Positions 57,927-64,000 of a DNA stretch of 64,000 nucleotides are shown piece by piece (positions within the stretch are counted from its first letter, which is position 1; each line of letters begins with the position of its first letter). This stretch comes from Oopsacas minuta (taxonomy: Eukaryota; Animalia; Porifera), in NCBI GenBank assembly GCA_024704765.1, contig JAKMXF010000298.1, positions 372,001 to 436,000 on the forward strand, read 5' to 3'. A program made the translations under genes and the position numbers. The notes below the pieces were generated by a model, which worked only from the letters and a program-made list of their open reading frames with translations, made no database searches and had not been told where the DNA came from.

Positions 57927-58503
57927 TTACTTGAGTGTTGATAATAAATTCACAACAAAGCTAATCGTTGGTCTATCATCTGGACTTTCGCTTCTGTGGA
58001 GATACAGAATCTTCCCTTCCTTGTTCGCGATCATATCCCCACCCAATTGAGTTGACAGGTTTCCAGGGTTAGATTGAAGTTCGCGACGTTTAAAAATCAA
58101 TCGAATACTTTTCAATACAGTTTTGACACCAATATTAGCTCTGGGGTGATAACCCAGTAATTTATAGGTTTCTGATTTCGCGTCAATATACATTGGGAGG
58201 TTACTATTTAAATGACGTAACCATCCCTTTGCTGCCTCTGGCTCGTAAAACGAGACAAGCACGATATTGAGTTGATCAACAATAGCTGGAGTACTGCTCA
58301 ACTCTTCTACGTGCTGTTGTCAGAAAGGTCAAACGAGATGACGTAAGAATACAAATAGTATTCTTAGAGTCATCCAACGCACAAATCTGTGAAATTGAGA
58401 TGTTTTCTCCGCTCTTCAAATCCATCATAGTAATAGCTGACGGGAGAATATCTCCTACGTTTATATTGGGGACTGAGTCAATCTTTGAATTGCCCTCAGC
58501 CAT
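57927..58503 (-). CDS. SELENOL: SelL-like selenoprotein with UPFU motif, interrupted by an apparent 2-nt deletion at ~58359 (pseudogene or assembly error)
   Basis: Frame 1 gives MAEGNSK...LDDSKN. After the shift: LFVFLRHLV-TGA(58329-31)-CCT-TTC-TGA(58320-22)-QQHVEELSSTPAIVDQLN...QLGGDMIANKEG...RSESPDDRP-TAA. Paralogs read AAG AAA ACA CTA TTT GTG; this copy reads AAG AAT A CTA TTT GTA. Confidence 0.8.
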
Positions 58504-59354
58504 CAGAAATAATAATTATACAAATCTATACAAACATACACATATTTATACTTAGTAGTATCAATTATGGGTCATTTAAGTTAGTAATTATATTTCAAGT
58601 CTACTCACTTATCAATTACGTATAGTATCTAACGTTCTACAGATTTATGCATATAGTTAAGTTGGTTTCGCATAATTGTGTCACTTTCGTTCTAGGAACG
58701 TGACACAATAAGATTGTCCAAATAATTAATCTATTTTAACACGCATTCGAGTGTTGTCTAGTGTATTTAACATGTGGTAAAGATGTAAGGCTTGCAAATT
58801 ACTTCATGGGCTACAAGTAAGTTGCCCCTCCGGGGTGCTCTACTTTAAGGGATAGGTTATTATGCGACAGTATACTATGAGCTAGGATATATTATACCCT
58901 GGGATAATTAAGCATCAGTACGAGTTGACTCATCAACAATCATAGATGTACAAGTTATCAAACCTCAAATTGGAAGATTATCCAAGATAAATCACAGATT
59001 CTCACGCTACGCATACTTTACTATTTCAATGTACATACACGGAAAATATTGTATATAACTTGGAATTCCACGTTTCATAATGCTGAAACATATAAGGCTA
59101 AAACTATATGTATAAACATTTCATAACTGTAAATTTATATCAGTTTTCGTACCAACGAAGTTCTATTGTACGAAATTTCTTATTATATACAATAAGTAAA
59201 CTCTTGTCAAAATATTCAGTGAACATAAAAGTTCGGCGAATGTTTTCCGGAGTTAGAGTACACTTTAATTAGGACGTAATACTCTATCTACCATATGGAA
59301 TTCACAAAGATTAACAACTATGATGTTACAACTAATTAGAATCCATAGAGCAGT

Positions 59355-60587
59355 TTAAGTAAGAGAGAATGCTTGTAGAGTATTATGATCCTTCTCGCCT
59401 ACTGTAATAATAGTTCCTACGTCATACACAGCTACTCCTCTGATATTAGTAAATTTTCCTGCTGCTGGTCCTTTCTCACCAAACTGAGCTATCAGTTTAC
59501 CTTCATTTGATAATATCTTCACCTGAGTAGTACTTCCATCAGTTACTATTATGTGCAGTTGTTGATCTAAACAGAAAAAGCGAACCTCATTTAACAAATC
59601 TTTCTGAACAACACATCTAATGAGAGTTCCTTCTCTAGAGAATGTTTGTATAGGATATTCTGTCTGATCAAACAAAATATAAAATTCTCTTTGAGCGAAT
59701 GAAATATCTCTGACATCAGATTTTCCAAGGATACAGAAGTTAGAATTTAGAGATATTTTCTTTTCTTCCTTTAAGTCAAATGTTAGCGCAATTAGCTGCA
59801 AAAGACATGCATACACCCACATAGATATTAGTATTATCTGTACATATACCTCCTAGCATATGAGTAGATGATATGTAAGATTATTTCTCAAAGTTCGAGC
59901 GTTTGAGTTTGAGAATACATCTGAAACATTGAATGAACAAAGAATTCTGATGAATAAGGAGATTTTCTACATTTCTCATTAGTTCATGCTTGAGAGATTT
60001 GATCCATTCACCGTCTTTAGAGAATACCTGAATTCTGAAAGGATCACAATCAGCTACATAAATAAAACTATTGATGGGATCAATAGCTACACCTTGTGGA
60101 TCATTGAGTTGATTATCATTTTCACCTCTATCACAAGAGCTCCACTTCAGTTGTATATTATTTTCATTAATCAGTATACTCTGTTTGTTACAGCTACACA
60201 GTCTGTGTATGCTACCACCACAGTTGGTATAGAGATGTCCATATCCTTCTTAACTGATTCTATTCTTTCAGAGATTTGAGGAAGAGATATTGAATTGGGA
60301 TCTAACTTTAGGAATAGTTTTTCTAGAGCTTTCTTAGCTTCGTTAATTTCTTCAATGTTTTTCTCTATTTCTTGCCTCTTCTTCTCTTTTCTCTGATTTA
60401 CTTCTTCCCAAATACTGTCCAACTCCTTCAACACTTCCTCAGATTTCATGTCAATAAGCTGTTTCATCTCTTCCCTCACTCATATAACTTCTGATTTCTT
60501 CTCATCAATCACATTTTTAAACAATCTCAGTTTATTCTCAAGCTTCTCACCCACCTGTACTCTATAAATAGGATCTGCTGATGCCAT
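59355..60587 (-). pseudogene. Coiled-coil + NHL-repeat (TRIM/lin-41-like) pseudogene
   Basis: ATG at 60587 (MASADPIYRVQV...), coiled coil, then NHL repeats QLNDPQGVAIDP...IYVAD...RIQVFSKDG and FFCLDQQLHIIVTD...KFTNIRGVAV. In-frame TGA at 60480, TAA at 59881, frameshifts near 60200 and 59800. Confidence 0.8.
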
Positions 60588-62082
60588 AACAAGACTCACA
60601 AACAAGTAACAGATTTGCTAATAGCTACACTATTCACTATTAAAGAAAATGATCGAGTATGAGAGTTGTACCATTGAATATATATCATCTTACGCTTAAT
60701 GTGTACGAACCTGATATTCTACGTATTCGTATTAGATTATCATCTATTGTTATGTCTGTTTATTATATATATGTTACCGTCAAAATTAAGTATCCCTAAA
60801 CTGAGCATTTGGCGGATACTTATTTGGGCGGTAACATATATAAAGATGACTTATTTTGTAAGAAAATCTTCCCCAAAACTAACTGAGTTACCAGATCCAA
60901 ACGACAGCCACACCCTGTGTTAACCTCATATCAACATAAATCTGGTGCACAAAAAAGTGTGATAAGCAACAAGGCAACATCGATGAAAAGAAAGGCTATC
61001 GTCCGTTGTTTGATGTTGGAATATTATTAGACGACACTGAAATAGCATCATAATCAGAGCTTGAATAGCAGTCACTAGTTATTAATCCACAAAGAAAAGC
61101 AATAGATGTAGAACTTACTAACTTTGGTGTTTACCATAGGAGGATGCTAAATATCAGAGGGACCCTACCCCTGACACCCCGTGTAGATGCAGTAATGCAC
61201 CAGACCCCGATTGATTTTGGGCTCCAGGATCTGATAAATATTTCAGGATATTCAATATTATTCGTCCCCTACTAAACTTCATGTTCTATCCTCAAATCAT
61301 ATGAATAAAATTCTAAATAATTATCCTGCAATACCCCCCTGTCTAACTTTTGAAAGAGCATCAATTTGAAATATGTGCAAATAGGTGTGAAAAAATGATT
61401 AATCATATGATAAATCTGTGAATTTGTAATCGGACTCTGCACTCCCAATTACCCTGACAACATGTTGAAACCTAATCTCTAGATTGCTCTTGTATTTTAC
61501 ACATAGAAAGGTGTGAGAATATGATTAATTATCAAAAAGATGTGAAATATTCCTTTAGAAAAATACATCCTACGTATTATATAATTCAAGGAATACAGTC
61601 TGATACTATAAGTGGCCTAAAATTTAAGAAAAATCCTGGTGTTATAGATTGAAACCTCCATATGTAGTACTATTGAGACTTACTCTCGCTGATCTATCTA
61701 GACGGATTCTAACCCAAATTTATCAATGAATTAGTCAATTTAATAATTGTCAGTATAATAACTCTACTAATTCATAATAATAACTATTAGAAAATCGATC
61801 ATTATTGTGTCAGTAAAAGAAAACGCTAGTCATTTGGAATATAACATATCTCTCCAGTGTGTTTTATCTTCCAGCAAAGATATTCATCCTTCCGATAATA
61901 AAACAAACAGAATGCAGTTTTGGCAAGTATCAGTATATCTATCTAATTTGCAGAATCAAATACCGTGAGATCATTAGTCCAGTCTCATTCTATCGTCATA
62001 TACAACGGAAAATCTGTTGGATATGAATTGAATGTCCAACGGAAAATCCCAGAGTATAGGAATTATTATCGTTAATGTATTT

Positions 62083-64000
62083 TCATATATTTCCATATTC
62101 ACTAGGTTGTAATAATGTTTTGAGCAAGTAAACTGATTCAGGATTAATCTGAGCTAGAATAGCAATACCCTCAATTGCTTTAGCTCGTAATTCTCTAGGC
62201 TGGGATAAACTACAATAAGGATGATATACAGAAAGGAGTTTATGAAATTCAGGAAAATGTATTTTCAAATCAAAGGCTATATTTGGTATTGTGTGCAGTA
62301 ATGCGAGTTGAGATTTGTAATCTTGTGTGTGGAGGTAATACGTAGTAGAATTCTTGCTCTGATCAACTAGCCTTTTAAAACTACTGATAAAGAATGGCCA
62401 TAGGTCCTTCTCAATTCTAGACCTCAAAAAATGTCCGAAATAATGCGCTAACAAGGCAAGACATTCTAAAGAAGCAATTAGAATTATAGAATAATTAGTT
62501 TTGGTACAGGCTAGAAACTGTGGCCATATTCTATGTAGAATAGGCAGTGACCTTTCCTGATTAGAGCGTAGGGCTAGAATACAATTTGTAATTACTCTGA
62601 TTGCAAAAGTTGTAACTTTAGCAGTTGGAAAGTTAGTATAATAAGAAATAGAATCAATTATTTCAACGCAGATGTTGTGTTCAACTAAATCGGAGCTTTC
62701 CTGTGGATTTTCGGGGCTGGGATTGGTTACTTGGTCATCTTCCTGTGGATGATAATAATGTATATAATCCTCATATTCATTTAAGAAACATTCCGTAGAA
62801 TTATCTGAGGTAATAATGACGTCATCATCTTCTGTATACTGCCAATTGAACAGCTGTTGGGATATGACAACGAGTGTAGGCAGCAAAACAACACTCTCAT
62901 CATGTGAATGGTAGAAACGAATGCTTTTCAATAGATAACTTACTGAATCCTCAAGGAGAGCTAGTAGCTTAACTGAACTGTTACGAAATACAGCCTGCAG
63001 GACATCAAGTGCAGATTGACTGGTACATTCTTGAAAGAACTGTAGTGAAATTACGTTTGTTATGTAATCTGCATTATCGTGAATGAGATTTTGTACTGAA
63101 GGGTATTTTAATGCTAAACACAGTTTTTGTAATGAATCGTATGACTGAGCTTGTAAATGAGGATTTGAATTATTTGATTTTTCTAAAAGAGGGAATATTG
63201 TAGTTACAAGAAATGGTTGAAAATTCATTCCAAGAGAAACCGCGAAATGTCCTAACCCTTCTAGAATTAGAATTTGTTGAATTGTCCTGTCCTTCAATGC
63301 GAATATAGTCGGAATATTAATCTCTTCATCGAAATTTGCTCTATTCTTCACTAAAGCATAAGCACTCCTGTCTAAATCTTCAAACCATTCCGATTGTAGA
63401 TAAATCGGTATAACAGTTTCGATAGTATTCGTAACCAATTCAATAGATTGAGTTTCAACACTGCCAACAATTAAATGATTCAAGATGAATACCAATTCCT
63501 TTCGTATATGTTCTTTCTCAGATAACTCAAATATGTAACTCAGTATAGATTCAAACACACAATACATACCAATCGTATGTAGAATATCGATTATAGCTTT
63601 TACGGATTTGTCACCCAAATTTGTGAAGATGATTTTTAGGGTACTTAGATCTTCCGTTTTTGGGGCAGAAAGCACCATAACTTGGTTAAGAATTGTATTA
63701 TCAGAAATATCAAATTCCAAAACGCTAATAAAAGTTTTTACTAAATTCTTGATACATTCTTTCATTCGAATATTAGTATTACCAATCTTTAGTTGGATTT
63801 TACCTATCAGTTTGAGATAACCTGATAGCAAACGTAGAATTGGTAATTTATTACTGTCATTAAGATTGTGAGCTATTTTCGGGAGTGAATATGTAAGTTC
63901 TTCTATCCTCAACAACAGAGAATTGAATGAATTAAGTTCGGGTAAATTTGAAAACGTTGATATCATTTTGGTAGCGGAATCTGACACAAATTTATTAGTA
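62083..64000 (-). CDS. TTI1: TELO2-interacting protein 1 (TTT complex), 3' part; the ORF runs off the window edge
   Basis: HEAT-like helical ORF with PFLVTTIFPLLEK...NLIHDNADYI, LPILHRIWP, FLRSRIEKDLWP, DYKSQLALL. The frame is open to base 64000. Confidence 0.8.
   Translation of the reverse strand, partial: TNKFVSDSATKMISTFSNLPELNSFNSLLLRIEELTYSLPKIAHNLNDSNKLPILRLLSGYLKLIGKIQLKIGNTNIRMKECIKNLVKTFISVLEFDISDNTILNQVMVLSAPKTEDLSTLKIIFTNLGDKSVKAIIDILHTIGMYCVFESILSYIFELSEKEHIRKELVFILNHLIVGSVETQSIELVTNTIETVIPIYLQSEWFEDLDRSAYALVKNRANFDEEINIPTIFALKDRTIQQILILEGLGHFAVSLGMNFQPFLVTTIFPLLEKSNNSNPHLQAQSYDSLQKLCLALKYPSVQNLIHDNADYITNVISLQFFQECTSQSALDVLQAVFRNSSVKLLALLEDSVSYLLKSIRFYHSHDESVVLLPTLVVISQQLFNWQYTEDDDVIITSDNSTECFLNEYEDYIHYYHPQEDDQVTNPSPENPQESSDLVEHNICVEIIDSISYYTNFPTAKVTTFAIRVITNCILALRSNQERSLPILHRIWPQFLACTKTNYSIILIASLECLALLAHYFGHFLRSRIEKDLWPFFISSFKRLVDQSKNSTTYYLHTQDYKSQLALLHTIPNIAFDLKIHFPEFHKLLSVYHPYCSLSQPRELRAKAIEGIAILAQINPESVYLLKTLLQPSEYGNI

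Noticed and set aside
60480-60482. In-frame TGA in the NHL gene as Sec or readthrough
   Set aside because: It falls in a coiled-coil position, further TAA and frameshift lesions follow, and I saw no SECIS-like structure downstream.

Overview
AT-rich eukaryotic nuclear DNA from a compact animal genome. The spliceosomal GT-AG introns, cilia gene, PKCs and degenerate coiled-coil/NHL-repeat genes make a sponge such as a hexactinellid my best guess; this is inference only. About 19 genes or pseudogenes are recognisable, in order: TTC17-like TPR protein, CFAP69, a TatB-like ORF, an EXPERA/EBP protein, DHPS, a BC-box/profilin-like fusion, dUTPase, a ~20 kb USP34 gene, PKC-1, CLYBL, PAIP1, an SLC15/POT transporter, RBBP4, PKC-2, a SETMAR-type SET protein, HM13, a selenoprotein L (SelL/AhpC-like) cluster, an NHL pseudogene and partial TTI1. 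Introns and spacers hold many TA-flanked pogo/Tigger-like MITEs and a few hAT-like MITEs. I saw no rRNA, tRNA or CRISPR array. The main highlights are three. (1) A four-copy SelL cluster at 54.3-58.5 kb that the ORF track breaks up: one intact ULPU gene with a canonical SECIS, one UPFU copy with a frameshift but an intact SECIS, one CMFS copy with no Sec that still carries a homologous GUGA SECIS, and one truncated UGFU pseudogene. (2) A nuclear ORF resembling mitochondrial-type TatB. (3) An Elongin BC-box fused to a profilin-like domain. All family assignments come from motif recognition; no database search was run.
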